Source of the DNA: Verrucomicrobiota bacterium
GTDB lineage: Bacteria > Verrucomicrobiota > Verrucomicrobiia > Limisphaerales > UBA1412
DNA: 45,462 bases
NCBI GenBank assembly: GCA_016283885.1
Contig: JAEENR010000096.1
Location: 1 to 45,462, forward strand
Reading direction: 5' to 3'
The notes under the pieces were generated by a model, which made no database searches, had not been told where the DNA came from, and saw only the letters and a program-made list of their open reading frames with translations. A program made the position numbers and the translations under genes. Every line of letters starts with the position of its first letter. Positions within the stretch are counted from its first letter, which is position 1. Shown here piece after piece: positions 7,760-17,711 of this stretch.

Positions 7760-8974
7760 ATGAATTCAGAAGCTAAACTTTGGACTCCCAATTATATCCT
7801 TTTTTGTTCAGCGTCGCTGATCATGTTCTTCGCTTTTTATTCGACGGTCTCCACGCTGCCGATCTATCTGGATGATTATCTTCACGCGGATAAAAGCCAG
7901 ATCGGTTTGATCCTGTCTTCCTATGCGCTTGCAGCTGTGTTGTTAAGACCGTTTTGTGGATACGCTTTGGATTCCTGGGGCAGAAAAAATGTTTTCATGT
8001 CGGGGTTCCTGGTTTTTTCCTGTATTTTCGGGATGTACGCTTTGTCCTCTATTCCCTGGATGAACGGAAAAACGCTGATGGGTATATCTCTACCCTTGCT
8101 GACAATAGGCATTGTTCGTTTTATGCATGGACTTTCCTGGGCTTTTGTCAGCAGCGGCAATCAGACTATCTCGGTGGATATTGTTCCACCTTCACGCCGT
8201 GGGGAGGGGATCGCCTATTTCGGCATGGCCGCCAATCTTTCGATGGCAGTGGGGCCGGCTCTGGGACTGGGGTTGATTAATTTTGCCGGCAGCACCTACC
8301 TTTTCATGACAACGATGATCCTGAGTCTTGTGAGTTTTATCTCTTTGTGTTTCATGAAATTTCCTGCCTATCGCCCTCAGCGGACGCGGATCAATCTGAA
8401 GGCGATGGTGGAAAAAACAAGCATCCCGTTTTCCATCGTTTGCGCGATCTTCTGTTTTTCCAACAGCTGCTATATGACATATATGCCGATTTACAGCAAG
8501 GAGATAGAAGGCGCAAATCCGGCTGTTTTCTTTTTTGTATATTCCGCAGGGATGATCGGGACACGGTTCTTTTCCGGACGGATCTTTGACCGGATCGGGC
8601 CTATGGTTCCTGTTGGAATCGGTTTTCCGATGATGATCGCGGGCAGTTTACTTTTATGGGCTGGGCATAGTTGCTTTGTTTTCTATCTGGCGGCGTTGTT
8701 GCTGGGAATCGGTAGCGGGATGGCGTTTCCCAGTTTTGTTGCCTGTATCAATAATATGGTCAAACCGACACGGCGTGGTGCCGCTAACGCGACCTTTTCT
8801 TCTGCGATCGATATCGGGATCGCCAGCGGGATCATTTCCTTTGGTTTCATATCCGATTGGACGGGATTGAGATTTATATATTTTTTGGCTTCCGGACTGT
8901 ATGTTATTGCTTTTTTGTTTTATCTGCTGATGGCTCATCATCATTATCAGAGGAACAAAATTCAAGGAGTTTGA
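7760..8974 (+). CDS. MFS transporter
   Basis: 404 aa with about 12 hydrophobic segments. MFS loop 2-3 signature GYALDSWGRKNV. Second-half repeat GRIFDRIGP. Confidence 0.85.
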   Translation: MNSEAKLWTPNYILFCSASLIMFFAFYSTVSTLPIYLDDYLHADKSQIGLILSSYALAAVLLRPFCGYALDSWGRKNVFMSGFLVFSCIFGMYALSSIPWMNGKTLMGISLPLLTIGIVRFMHGLSWAFVSSGNQTISVDIVPPSRRGEGIAYFGMAANLSMAVGPALGLGLINFAGSTYLFMTTMILSLVSFISLCFMKFPAYRPQRTRINLKAMVEKTSIPFSIVCAIFCFSNSCYMTYMPIYSKEIEGANPAVFFFVYSAGMIGTRFFSGRIFDRIGPMVPVGIGFPMMIAGSLLLWAGHSCFVFYLAALLLGIGSGMAFPSFVACINNMVKPTRRGAANATFSSAIDIGIASGIISFGFISDWTGLRFIYFLASGLYVIAFLFYLLMAHHHYQRNKIQGV

Positions 8975-9126
8975 TATATAAGAATTCTTTGAACAGGAAT
9001 GTGTTGCAAAGATTTTAAGACAGAATTTCCGGTATCTGTTTGGAAAAAGAATTGCAAGGAAGCAAAAGTCGTTAGAAAATAGAGCGAGAACGGTTTTGAC
9101 CGTTGGTCTGTGAATAATATCGTTCA

Positions 9127-9429
9127 ATGAACCGTAAAGAACTGAAAATTATCTATATAGGTAGTGTTCAAGGGGTCGGTTTCCGCTGGACTGTGAAGAG
9201 ACTTTCCTGCGGATATGAGGTCGTTGGCACGATACGAAATCTTCCGGATGGGACCGTTGAACTTGTGGTTCAAGGTAAACAATCTGAATTGGAAGATTTT
9301 GCACAGGCAATAAGAGATTCAGGACTGGGCCCCCATATTCGGGAGGAACAGATCAGCTGGTCTCCGATTCCGCAATCTTCGGAGGAAGGTTGGCATGAAA
9401 AGTGCTATAGGACCTTCGAGATTGTCTGA
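9127..9429 (+). CDS. acyP: Acylphosphatase
   Basis: Motifs GSVQGVGFRW and GTIRNLPDGTVELVVQG. 100 aa. Confidence 0.8.
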   Translation: MNRKELKIIYIGSVQGVGFRWTVKRLSCGYEVVGTIRNLPDGTVELVVQGKQSELEDFAQAIRDSGLGPHIREEQISWSPIPQSSEEGWHEKCYRTFEIV

Positions 9430-9432
9430 TTA

Positions 9433-10161
9433 GTGGAAATGAAGTACGCAATTATAGCTGACATTCACGGAAATTTAGAAGCTCTGCAAGCCGTTTTGAA
9501 AGATGCCAAAGAGCAGGCTGTGACTCATTATGCCTGTCTGGGAGACGTGGTTGGATACGGAGCGAATCCCAAGGAGTGTCTGGATATCGTTCGTGAGATG
9601 AAGATCCCTACGGTAAAAGGGAATCATGATGAATATTGTTCTTCCGGCAAAGACCCTGAAGGCTTTAACGAAAACGCCCGCGCGGCTATTCTTTGGACCC
9701 GTGCTCAGATGACCGAAGATGATCTAAAGTGGCTCAAGGATTTGAAGTATATCCGCATCATGGCCAATTTCACGCTGGTGCATGCTACTTTGGATGGTCC
9801 AAACCGCTGGGGGTATATTTTTGACAAACTGGAAGCGGCGGCTAGTTTTCCTTATCAGCAGACACCCATTTGTTTCTTTGGGCATACTCATGTGCCTCTG
9901 GCATTTGTCAGAGATACGGCAGTGCGTGGAGGAACGTATTCTAAGTTCAAGATCGAAGCCGGCAGAAAGTATCTGATGAATGTAGGCAGTGTGGGGCAGT
10001 CTCGTGACGGTGTGGCTAAAGCGACTTATTTGATCTACGATATAAACTCCGGACAAGTGGAACTGCGCCGCCTGGACTACGATATGGACACCGCGATGGA
10101 TAAGATCCGGAGAGCCGGTTTGCCGGAGCGTTTGGCGACTCGTCTGGCGGAGGGACGTTAA
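9433..10161 (+). CDS. Metallophosphoesterase (calcineurin-like, YfcE/ApaH-like family)
   Basis: Motifs ADIHGN, CLGDVVGYG, GNHD, GHTH. It starts 3 nt after the acyP stop. The start is GTG 9433 or ATG 9439. Confidence 0.8.
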   Translation: MEMKYAIIADIHGNLEALQAVLKDAKEQAVTHYACLGDVVGYGANPKECLDIVREMKIPTVKGNHDEYCSSGKDPEGFNENARAAILWTRAQMTEDDLKWLKDLKYIRIMANFTLVHATLDGPNRWGYIFDKLEAAASFPYQQTPICFFGHTHVPLAFVRDTAVRGGTYSKFKIEAGRKYLMNVGSVGQSRDGVAKATYLIYDINSGQVELRRLDYDMDTAMDKIRRAGLPERLATRLAEGR

Positions 10162-10163
10162 GT

Positions 10164-11237
10164 GTGGATGCTGTTGGCGATCACGCGTCAAAGCTCAAGG
10201 TCTTAATTTGCAAGCCTAGTTCTCTGGGCGATATCATTCATTCGCTGCCTGTGCTGAGGCGGCTCAAAGCCTGTTGGCCGGATTCCTCTGTTTATTGGTG
10301 GGTTGCGACCGGTTTTGCGGACTTGCTAAAGGAGGATCCTCAGCTGAACGGCATTTTTCTTTTCGATAAAAAATCTCTGGTACGACTCAGGGATCTTCCC
10401 AAAAATATTTCTTTTATTTCCCGGATCCGGAAAATGCGTTTTGATTATATCCTAGATCTTCAGGGGTTGCTGCGAAGTGCTGTTTTTTCCTGGTTGTGCA
10501 GGGGCAGACGAACGATCGGTGTGAAAGACTGGAGGGAAGGAGCACCTCTTTTTTATGATGTTGCTGTACCGCGTCCCGGTACCGATGCTCACGCGGTGGA
10601 TTGGTACTTGGAATGTTTGAAAAAGGTGATCCCGGAGCCTTTGTTTACGGACGCGGTTTCCAGAGTATCCGAATGGCTGCCCATGAATCCGACAGCGGCG
10701 GCATCCGCTTCCGGCATCACGGGTTACAATTCAGGAGGCAATCGTCCTCGTTATGTTATTTTCCAGCCTTGCACACGCTGGTGGAGCAAACACTGGCCGT
10801 TGGATTCGTTTATTCAATGTGCCAGAGAAGTGCTTGCCCGCAGGAAGGATGTCATTCTATGGATCTCGGGTTCCAAAGAGGAATCGTCCATTGGTCAGCG
10901 GATCGTAGATCAGGTTGATTCTTCTCGTGTAAGGAATTATTGCGGAGCGTTTTCTCTGTCGGAAACGGTGGAAGTGATTCGTCTGTGTGATGTGATGCTG
11001 ACCAATGACACCGGTCCGATGCATATCGCGGCCGCGCTGAAAAAGCCGTTGGTAGCTTTATTTGGGCCGACAAGTCCATTGCGGACGGGGCCTTATGGTA
11101 TGCCGGATTCGGTATTGACCGCACGGAGACCGTGTATGCCGTGTTTCAAAACACGCTGTCCTTATGGAAACCCAGCCTTGTGTATGCAGGATATTTCCGT
11201 AGAGAGTGTTGTGGAGGCACTGCTCAGGCGGCTTTAG
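10164..11237 (+). CDS. Glycosyltransferase family 9 (LPS heptosyltransferase-like)
   Basis: Motifs VLICKPSSLGDIIHSLPVLRRLK and NDTGPMHIAAALKKPLVALFGPTSP. The GTG start lies 2 nt after the upstream stop. Confidence 0.8.
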   Translation: MDAVGDHASKLKVLICKPSSLGDIIHSLPVLRRLKACWPDSSVYWWVATGFADLLKEDPQLNGIFLFDKKSLVRLRDLPKNISFISRIRKMRFDYILDLQGLLRSAVFSWLCRGRRTIGVKDWREGAPLFYDVAVPRPGTDAHAVDWYLECLKKVIPEPLFTDAVSRVSEWLPMNPTAAASASGITGYNSGGNRPRYVIFQPCTRWWSKHWPLDSFIQCAREVLARRKDVILWISGSKEESSIGQRIVDQVDSSRVRNYCGAFSLSETVEVIRLCDVMLTNDTGPMHIAAALKKPLVALFGPTSPLRTGPYGMPDSVLTARRPCMPCFKTRCPYGNPALCMQDISVESVVEALLRRL

Positions 11238-11246
11238 GCATATCAT

Positions 11247-11277
11247 AAAACCCGCTGCGTATGTGGCAGCGGGTTTT
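11247..11277. terminator. Bidirectional rho-independent terminator between convergent genes
   Basis: aaaacccgctgc / loop gtatgtg / gcagcgggtttt. The GC-rich stem is flanked by an A-run and a T-run. It sits between the GT9 stop (11237) and the GH29 stop (11303). Confidence 0.8.
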
Positions 11278-11302
11278 GTTCAGTGCCTGTTCGGCTTTTG
11301 TT

Positions 11303-12715
11303 TTATTTCTTGGCTTCGATCACTTTGCCCTTGGCGCGCAGAACGACTACGGAGGCATAAGGATTTTGATATTCTGTATTCATTGTGACGCGCAGACCTT
11401 CTTCTGTGGTTTCCGTTTTGAGAGAAGCGACTTTGGGATCAGCCATCATCCAGGCTTCGGCGGGGCCTTCCACTTTCATGGGAACGGTGATGGTATTGTC
11501 TTCAGGCCAGTTGAAGACCATCAGGTAAAGGGTATCACCTTTGGCAGTGATGCGTCCCCAGTCCACGCCGCGGAGAGGGTTTGCGGTGCTTCCGTAAAGG
11601 GCTGTCCCATATTTCTTCATCCATGCGCCCAGTTCGTGGAAACGGATGTAAGTGGCTTCCGGGATGGAACCGTCGGGGCAGGGGCCCACATTGAGCAGAT
11701 AGTTGCCTCCTTTGGAGATGATGTCGATCGTATTGCGGATGATCGTTTCTGAGCTTTTCCAGTTCAGATCATGACCGCTGTAGCCCCAGGTCCCGTTCAA
11801 AGTCATGCAGACTTCCCAGTCCACACCCGGCATTCCGGTTTCGGGGATGTACTGTTCCGGAGTGGTAAAGTCGCCCTTGGCGGGATTGAAGATCGAGAGA
11901 TTATCACCGGAGACATTGCCGGAATTATACAAACGGTTGTTCTGAATGATCTTCGGATTGCTTTTGCGCACTTGTTCCATCAGTGATTTCGCGCGCCAGT
12001 GATGACCTTCGGCCGAGGGGTGCGAGAAATCCCACCACAAAATGTCCAGCGGCCCGTAATGGGTAGTCAGTTCTTCCACCTGTGCGGAGAGATAGTCCAG
12101 GTATTTATTAAAGTCATGGCCTTCCACAGGCAGAGGTTTATCCTTGTTGCGCTGGTGTTTCAGCGGATGGGGCAGTGTGTTGTCAAAAGCGACATAGTCG
12201 GGATGATGCCAGTCGATCATGGAGTGATAGATGCCCACTTTCAGATCCTGTTTGCGGATGGCATTGATGATCTCCCTGGCCAGGTCCCGTCCGCAGAAGT
12301 CCATTGCGTCATAATCAGATACGGCGGAATCATGCAAGGCGAAGCCTTCGTGGTGTTTGCTGGTGAAAACGACATATTTGGCACCCATATCTTTGGCCAG
12401 CTGAGCCCATTCATCGGCAAAGCCCTCTTTGGGATGGAACCGCGGACGCAGGACCGCTTCATATTCAGCTGTCGGAACACCGGCTGAGTTTTGGATCCAC
12501 TCCACGCCGCCATAGTATTTCTTACCGTCCCAAACACCGGCGGCCTGGGAGTACAGACCCCAATGGACAAACATTCCCAGACGGGCTTCACGCCACCAGG
12601 CCATACGTTCATCCCGCTGCTGGGGAGTTTCATCCGCCAGGGTAATGGAAGATGATGTGACAGTGGCTGCCAGAGCCAGTGCGAGTACTGCGATCTTATG
12701 CAAGATAGTTCTCAT
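11303..12715 (-). CDS. Secreted alpha-L-fucosidase, glycoside hydrolase family 29
   Basis: Signal peptide MRTILHKIAVLALALAATV. Motifs WWREARLGMFVHWGLYS, KYVVFTSKHHEGFALHDS, DILWWD. Confidence 0.88.
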   Translation of the reverse strand: MRTILHKIAVLALALAATVTSSSITLADETPQQRDERMAWWREARLGMFVHWGLYSQAAGVWDGKKYYGGVEWIQNSAGVPTAEYEAVLRPRFHPKEGFADEWAQLAKDMGAKYVVFTSKHHEGFALHDSAVSDYDAMDFCGRDLAREIINAIRKQDLKVGIYHSMIDWHHPDYVAFDNTLPHPLKHQRNKDKPLPVEGHDFNKYLDYLSAQVEELTTHYGPLDILWWDFSHPSAEGHHWRAKSLMEQVRKSNPKIIQNNRLYNSGNVSGDNLSIFNPAKGDFTTPEQYIPETGMPGVDWEVCMTLNGTWGYSGHDLNWKSSETIIRNTIDIISKGGNYLLNVGPCPDGSIPEATYIRFHELGAWMKKYGTALYGSTANPLRGVDWGRITAKGDTLYLMVFNWPEDNTITVPMKVEGPAEAWMMADPKVASLKTETTEEGLRVTMNTEYQNPYASVVVLRAKGKVIEAKK

Positions 12716-12779
12716 GCGCTTATGGTAGAGGTTGGACTTTGTGATTGTAAAGGAAATTTAGCCTAAATATCGTGTATGA

Positions 12780-12809
12780 TTGACGGTAGCAGGTTTTTTA
12801 GGATACTAT
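12780..12809 (+). promoter_or_regulatory. Candidate sigma-70-type promoter for the three-gene glycosidase operon
   Basis: TTGACG (12780-12785), an 18-nt spacer, then TACTAT (12804-12809), about 29 nt upstream of ATG 12838. This is a pattern match only, and the host consensus is unknown. Confidence 0.25.
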
Positions 12810-12837
12810 CAGCGCTGGTTTGTTGAGTTTCAGTAAG

Positions 12838-15648
12838 ATGAAAAGAACGAGTGTTATTGTTTTAGCCGGTTTAGTGTTTGTGTTTTCCTCATTTTTAAGA
12901 GCAGGTGATATCTCATTGACTCAAATGGATTTGTCTAAAGCGTATCAGCAGTATGGTGAGCTTCAGGTGAATAAGAGTGTTACAGGGGAAAGCGTGTATG
13001 CTGCAGGCACTTCCTATTCAGATGCTATTGGGGTGCATTCCCAAAGTGTGATCAAGCTGGATTTGAAAAAGAACGCTCTTCGTTTCAAGGGGTTGGCCGG
13101 GGTTTCGGACAGCAAGATAGATTATAAAGGTCAGGGAATAACAACGGTTCCTCTGGCTGATGGGAAACGCGTTTTTTATCACACTCTGGGGAATGAAAAG
13201 TTTTTCGCGGGGATCGAGGGCGAAAATGGAACGGTCGATCGGGGCGAGGTTATTTTCCGAGTGCTGGGAGATGAGCGGGAGCTGTATGCCAGCGGAATCA
13301 TTGTCCAAGGGGATGCGCCTCAAGAAATCGATTTAGACCTGAAAGGGGTTGAGATCTTAGAGCTGATCGTAGAACCGGGAGAAAAGGGGCCTAGTGGAGA
13401 TCATGCCTTGTGGATCCATCCTGTCATTGAATACTCGGGAGAGGCTCCTACGGTGGTGGATGCGGATTATATGCTGAATATTGAAACCGGACAGAGCCAG
13501 ATCCAACAGAGACTCCAAAGCATAGCGCTGACTTTTCCGGCTGTTGAGTGGCCTCTGGCGCGTGTTTCATACGATTGGCTGCTCCATTCCGAGAATTCAA
13601 AGACCGGGGTGTACAGCGCGGACCGGGGAACAAGTTTGGTTTTAGCGAATGATCTGGTGGCTCGTGTTTTCAAAATAACACCTGATCTGGCTACAGTGGA
13701 TATCGTCAATCGGATGACGGAAGAAAATATGTTGCGTGCGGTTAGCCCGGAAGGTTTTGTTTCTATCAATGGAGTGAATTATAGTCTGGGCGGATTATCG
13801 GGTCAGCCGGAAAGGGGATACATCAAGCGTGAATGGCTGGAGCAAATGCAAAGGCTGACAAATTCCTTTCATATAGTCGATTTTGAGATCAGTGATATCC
13901 AGGAAAGTATCCATTGGGCGCGCAGCAGATGGGCATTGAATAAAGCCGCGCCGACCGGTAAAGTACTGACTTTTGTTCTGGAAGGTCCGGAGAAAATAAA
14001 GAATGTGACGGTAAAGCTGCATTATGCTCTTTATGATCATCTGCCTGTTATTAAAAAGAGTATGGAAGTCTTTAACGGAACAGAAGAGTCTATTAAAGTG
14101 GATAGTTTCAAGCTGGAATCTCTGGCATTTTCCGAGCCGGAATCCCCGGTCGAAGAGACTCGACCTTACAAGTTTCGCCTTCCGAATATCCATGTGGAAA
14201 GCAATTACTGTTTCCATGGTTTTACGGAGAAAGAGGCAGATAAAACAGAGAACTGGGTAGTTGATCCGAATTATTCTTCCCAATGCAATTATCCCAGAGT
14301 GACTCCCTGCATTTTGGAGGTCAATCCGCCTATGGGGCCGGATGAGGTTCTGGAACCCGGAAATGTTTTTCATTCTTTTGATGTCTATGAAATGCCGATG
14401 GACAGTGATGACCGGGAAAGACAGGGACTGTTCAAACGCAGAATGTACACGACGATCGCGCCGTGGGTGACAGAGAATCCCATCTTTCTGCATCTAACTT
14501 CGACAGATCCGGAAGTGGTGAAACGTGCTGTGGATCAATGCGCGGAAGTTGGGTATGAGATGATCATTTTGAGTTTTGGCTCCGGTTTAAACATGGAAAA
14601 GACCGAGGAAGAATACTATAACCACTTCAAAGAATTTGTGGATTACGCGAAAAGCAAAGGCATAGAAATGGGGGGATATTCGCTGCTGTCCAGCCGCTGG
14701 ATCAGTGATGAAGTGGATGTGATCAATCCCCAAACCGGGAAGAGGGGGGGAATGATTTTTGGAAGCTCGCCCTGTCTTTGCAGTGACTGGGGATATGATT
14801 ATTTTGACAAGATACAGAAGTTTTTCAAGAAAACAGGCATGTCAGTCTTTGAACATGACGGATCGTATCCGGGTAATGTCTGCGCCTCCACCAATCATGC
14901 CCATCATGCAGGATTAGGAGATTCCCAGTGGAAGCAATTCCAAAAAATCACGGAACTTTACCGCTGGATGTGTGAAAACGGTGTCTATATCAATGTACCG
15001 GATTTCTATCTTTTAAGCGGTTCGACAAAAGTGGGGATCGGTTATCGGGAAACGAACTGGTCATTACCGCGTGACCGTCAGCTGATCCATGGCCGCCAAA
15101 TCAATTTTATGGGAACTTATGATCGTCCGGCTTCCGCTTGCTGGACGTTTGTTCCATTAGTGCAGTATCATGGAGGCGGAGCAGCTGCGACACTGGAACC
15201 TCTTTCAGAACACCTGGCTGAGTATAAAATGCACATGATCCAGAATTATGGAGCCGCTGTCCAAGCCTGTTACCGAGGCCCAAGATTGTATGATACAGAT
15301 GAGACGAAAGCTGTGGTAAAAGAGGTGATCTCCTGGTACAAAAAGTACCGCAATATCCTTAACAGTGATATCATTCATCTTCGCAAAGCGGATGGACGTG
15401 ATTGGGATGGATTTCTGCATGTGAATCCGAATGAGAAAGAAAAAGGCTTTGTTCTTTTATTTAATCCTTTAGATGAAGATATTGAGAGAAATATCCGCTT
15501 GCCGCTTTATTACACGGGGTTGAGCGAAGAAGCGAATATCCGGGAAGGCGAGAATTCCGCTCAGGTGTATAAACTCAATCGCGATTATACCGTGGAACTA
15601 AAAGTAAAGATCCCGACAAATGGGTACACTTGGTTTGTAATCGAATAA
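12838..15648 (+). CDS. Secreted NPCBM-domain protein with a large unassigned, probably TIM-barrel glycosidase-like, C-terminal region
   Basis: Signal peptide MKRTSVIVLAGLVFVFSSFLRA. NPCBM pattern LTQMDLSKAY...AIGVHSQSVIKLDL...FKGLAGVSD...VIFRVLGD...DHALWIHPVIEY. The remaining roughly 740 aa (EVGYEMIILSFGSG, FEHDGSYPG, GIGYRETNW) match no family I can name. ATG 12838 is preferred over TTG 12820. Confidence 0.6.
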   Translation: MKRTSVIVLAGLVFVFSSFLRAGDISLTQMDLSKAYQQYGELQVNKSVTGESVYAAGTSYSDAIGVHSQSVIKLDLKKNALRFKGLAGVSDSKIDYKGQGITTVPLADGKRVFYHTLGNEKFFAGIEGENGTVDRGEVIFRVLGDERELYASGIIVQGDAPQEIDLDLKGVEILELIVEPGEKGPSGDHALWIHPVIEYSGEAPTVVDADYMLNIETGQSQIQQRLQSIALTFPAVEWPLARVSYDWLLHSENSKTGVYSADRGTSLVLANDLVARVFKITPDLATVDIVNRMTEENMLRAVSPEGFVSINGVNYSLGGLSGQPERGYIKREWLEQMQRLTNSFHIVDFEISDIQESIHWARSRWALNKAAPTGKVLTFVLEGPEKIKNVTVKLHYALYDHLPVIKKSMEVFNGTEESIKVDSFKLESLAFSEPESPVEETRPYKFRLPNIHVESNYCFHGFTEKEADKTENWVVDPNYSSQCNYPRVTPCILEVNPPMGPDEVLEPGNVFHSFDVYEMPMDSDDRERQGLFKRRMYTTIAPWVTENPIFLHLTSTDPEVVKRAVDQCAEVGYEMIILSFGSGLNMEKTEEEYYNHFKEFVDYAKSKGIEMGGYSLLSSRWISDEVDVINPQTGKRGGMIFGSSPCLCSDWGYDYFDKIQKFFKKTGMSVFEHDGSYPGNVCASTNHAHHAGLGDSQWKQFQKITELYRWMCENGVYINVPDFYLLSGSTKVGIGYRETNWSLPRDRQLIHGRQINFMGTYDRPASACWTFVPLVQYHGGGAAATLEPLSEHLAEYKMHMIQNYGAAVQACYRGPRLYDTDETKAVVKEVISWYKKYRNILNSDIIHLRKADGRDWDGFLHVNPNEKEKGFVLLFNPLDEDIERNIRLPLYYTGLSEEANIREGENSAQVYKLNRDYTVELKVKIPTNGYTWFVIE

Positions 15649-15669
15649 ATTTATTAATATTCCATAAAT

Positions 15670-17700
15670 ATGAAAAAAACATTAACGATAATACTTGCGG
15701 CATTGGCCTCCTGTTTGGCTGGTCAGGCTGCGGAAACAACAGTTACGGTCGTGGATAGGATCCCGACAACGTCATTTAACAATTATTATGAGAGCAATTA
15801 TGCCCCATTACAGGCGCAGAGTTTGATCAAGCTGCCTAATGGAAGCATTATTCCCGGCGGATGGCTGATGCGTCAGCTGGAATTGCAGCGTGATGGTTTG
15901 AATGGACACTTGGGTGAGATCAGTGCCTGGCTGCAGAAAGATGATAACGCATGGCTGAAATCCGGTGGTAAGTGGGGCTGGGAGGAAGTTCCTTACTGGC
16001 TTCGCGGCTACGCTAGCTTGTCTTACATCATGAAGGACGCTACCGGAAATGAAGACATGTTCAAGGAAGCGAAATACTGGATCGAAGCTATTCTGGACAG
16101 TCAGCGCGAGGATGGTAATTTTGGCCCCGCGTATAAAGGCAAGCAGGATTTCTGGCCCAATATGATCGCGCTGTGGATCCTTCAGGATTATTATGAATAT
16201 ACCGGGGATTCACGTGTCATTCCGTTTATGACCAAGTACGCGCATTATCAGCTAAGTGTCAAAGACGAGGATTTTCTTTCCAGCTATTGGGAGAACAGCC
16301 GCGGAGGTGATAATCTTTGGAGTGTGGTCTGGTTGTATAATCGTACAAAGGATCCGGAGTTGCTCAAACTGGGTGAAAAAGTCCACAGGAATACCGCAAA
16401 CTGGACACGTGCCACCGAGCTTCCTAACTGGCACAATGTCAATGTGGCCCAGTGTTTCCGTGAGCCCGCGACCTGGTATCTTTTTAATGGAGATGAGAAG
16501 ATGCGCAGAGCCAGCTACAATGTGCAAAGCCTGGTGCGCCGGGCTTATGGTCAGGTTCCCGGTGGTATGTTTGGTTCGGATGAAAATTGTCGAATCGGGT
16601 TCTTTGATCCGCGACAGGGAACGGAAACTTGCGGTTTTGCTGAGCAGATGTCTTCGGATGAGATCATGCTGCAAATCACCGGGGATCCTTACTGGGCTGA
16701 AAATTGTGAAGATGTCGCTTTCAACAGCTATCCTGCCGCGTTTATGCCGGATTATAAATCTTTGCGTTACATTACATGCCCCAATCATGTACTGAGTGAT
16801 TCTGAGAATCACAGTCCTGGCATCCAGAATGGAGGCCCGTTCTTAGCTATGAATCCGTTCAGCAGCCGCTGCTGTCAGCACAATCACGGTTTTGCATGGC
16901 CGTATTACGCGGAACATTTGGTTTATGCTACCCCGGATAATGGTTTGGCGGCTGTTCTTTACAGCTCCAGTATGACCAAGGCCAGAGTGGGTGACGGAAC
17001 TCAAATCATCTTGGAACAGACGACCAACTATCCGTTTGAAGAAAGTGTCGAATTTAGTGTCAGAACTCTCAAATCGGTTGATTTTCCGCTTTATTTGAGG
17101 ATTCCCTCCTGGACAAAATCCGCGGCTGTTTATGTGAATGGAAAACGGGTCAAATCCAAACTTGATGGCAAGGGATATGTTTGTATCTCCCGTAAATGGG
17201 ATAATGGTGATACAGTGAAACTGGATCTGCCGATGGAAATCACATATCGCACCTGGCAGGTAAATAAAAACAGTGTCAGTGTGAATTACGGTCCGCTGAC
17301 TCTTTCTCTCAAAATCGCGGAACGTTATGAAAAGAAAGACAGCAAGGAAACGGCAATCAGTGATTCAAAATGGCAGCCGAACGCGGATCCTTCCGCCTGG
17401 CCTTCATACGAGATTTATCCGGATTCCGATTGGAATTACGCGTTAGTAATAAATTCTCCTATCAAGGTAAAGAAATCCGATTGGCCGAAAGATAACAATC
17501 CTTTCACCCTCGCAACAGTACCACTGACTTTCACCGCGAAAGGTCGTAAAGTGCCTTCCTGGACATTGGATGAATATAAGTTGTGCGGTGTTCTTCCTTA
17601 TGAGTGTGATCCTCGTTCCGAAGTAGTGGAAGATATCACTTTGGTTCCGATGGGAGCGGCTCGTTTAAGGATTTCAGCGTTTCCAACAGCGGAAAAATAG
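15670..17700 (+). CDS. Secreted GH127/DUF1680-type glycoside hydrolase (beta-L-arabinofuranosidase-like)
   Basis: Signal peptide MKKTLTIILAALASCLAGQA. It retains the Glu/Cys cluster typical of GH127 (GTETCGF and SSRCCQHNHG). The length, 676 aa, fits the family. Confidence 0.65.
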   Translation: MKKTLTIILAALASCLAGQAAETTVTVVDRIPTTSFNNYYESNYAPLQAQSLIKLPNGSIIPGGWLMRQLELQRDGLNGHLGEISAWLQKDDNAWLKSGGKWGWEEVPYWLRGYASLSYIMKDATGNEDMFKEAKYWIEAILDSQREDGNFGPAYKGKQDFWPNMIALWILQDYYEYTGDSRVIPFMTKYAHYQLSVKDEDFLSSYWENSRGGDNLWSVVWLYNRTKDPELLKLGEKVHRNTANWTRATELPNWHNVNVAQCFREPATWYLFNGDEKMRRASYNVQSLVRRAYGQVPGGMFGSDENCRIGFFDPRQGTETCGFAEQMSSDEIMLQITGDPYWAENCEDVAFNSYPAAFMPDYKSLRYITCPNHVLSDSENHSPGIQNGGPFLAMNPFSSRCCQHNHGFAWPYYAEHLVYATPDNGLAAVLYSSSMTKARVGDGTQIILEQTTNYPFEESVEFSVRTLKSVDFPLYLRIPSWTKSAAVYVNGKRVKSKLDGKGYVCISRKWDNGDTVKLDLPMEITYRTWQVNKNSVSVNYGPLTLSLKIAERYEKKDSKETAISDSKWQPNADPSAWPSYEIYPDSDWNYALVINSPIKVKKSDWPKDNNPFTLATVPLTFTAKGRKVPSWTLDEYKLCGVLPYECDPRSEVVEDITLVPMGAARLRISAFPTAEK

Positions 17701-17711
17701 AAATTTCTGAG

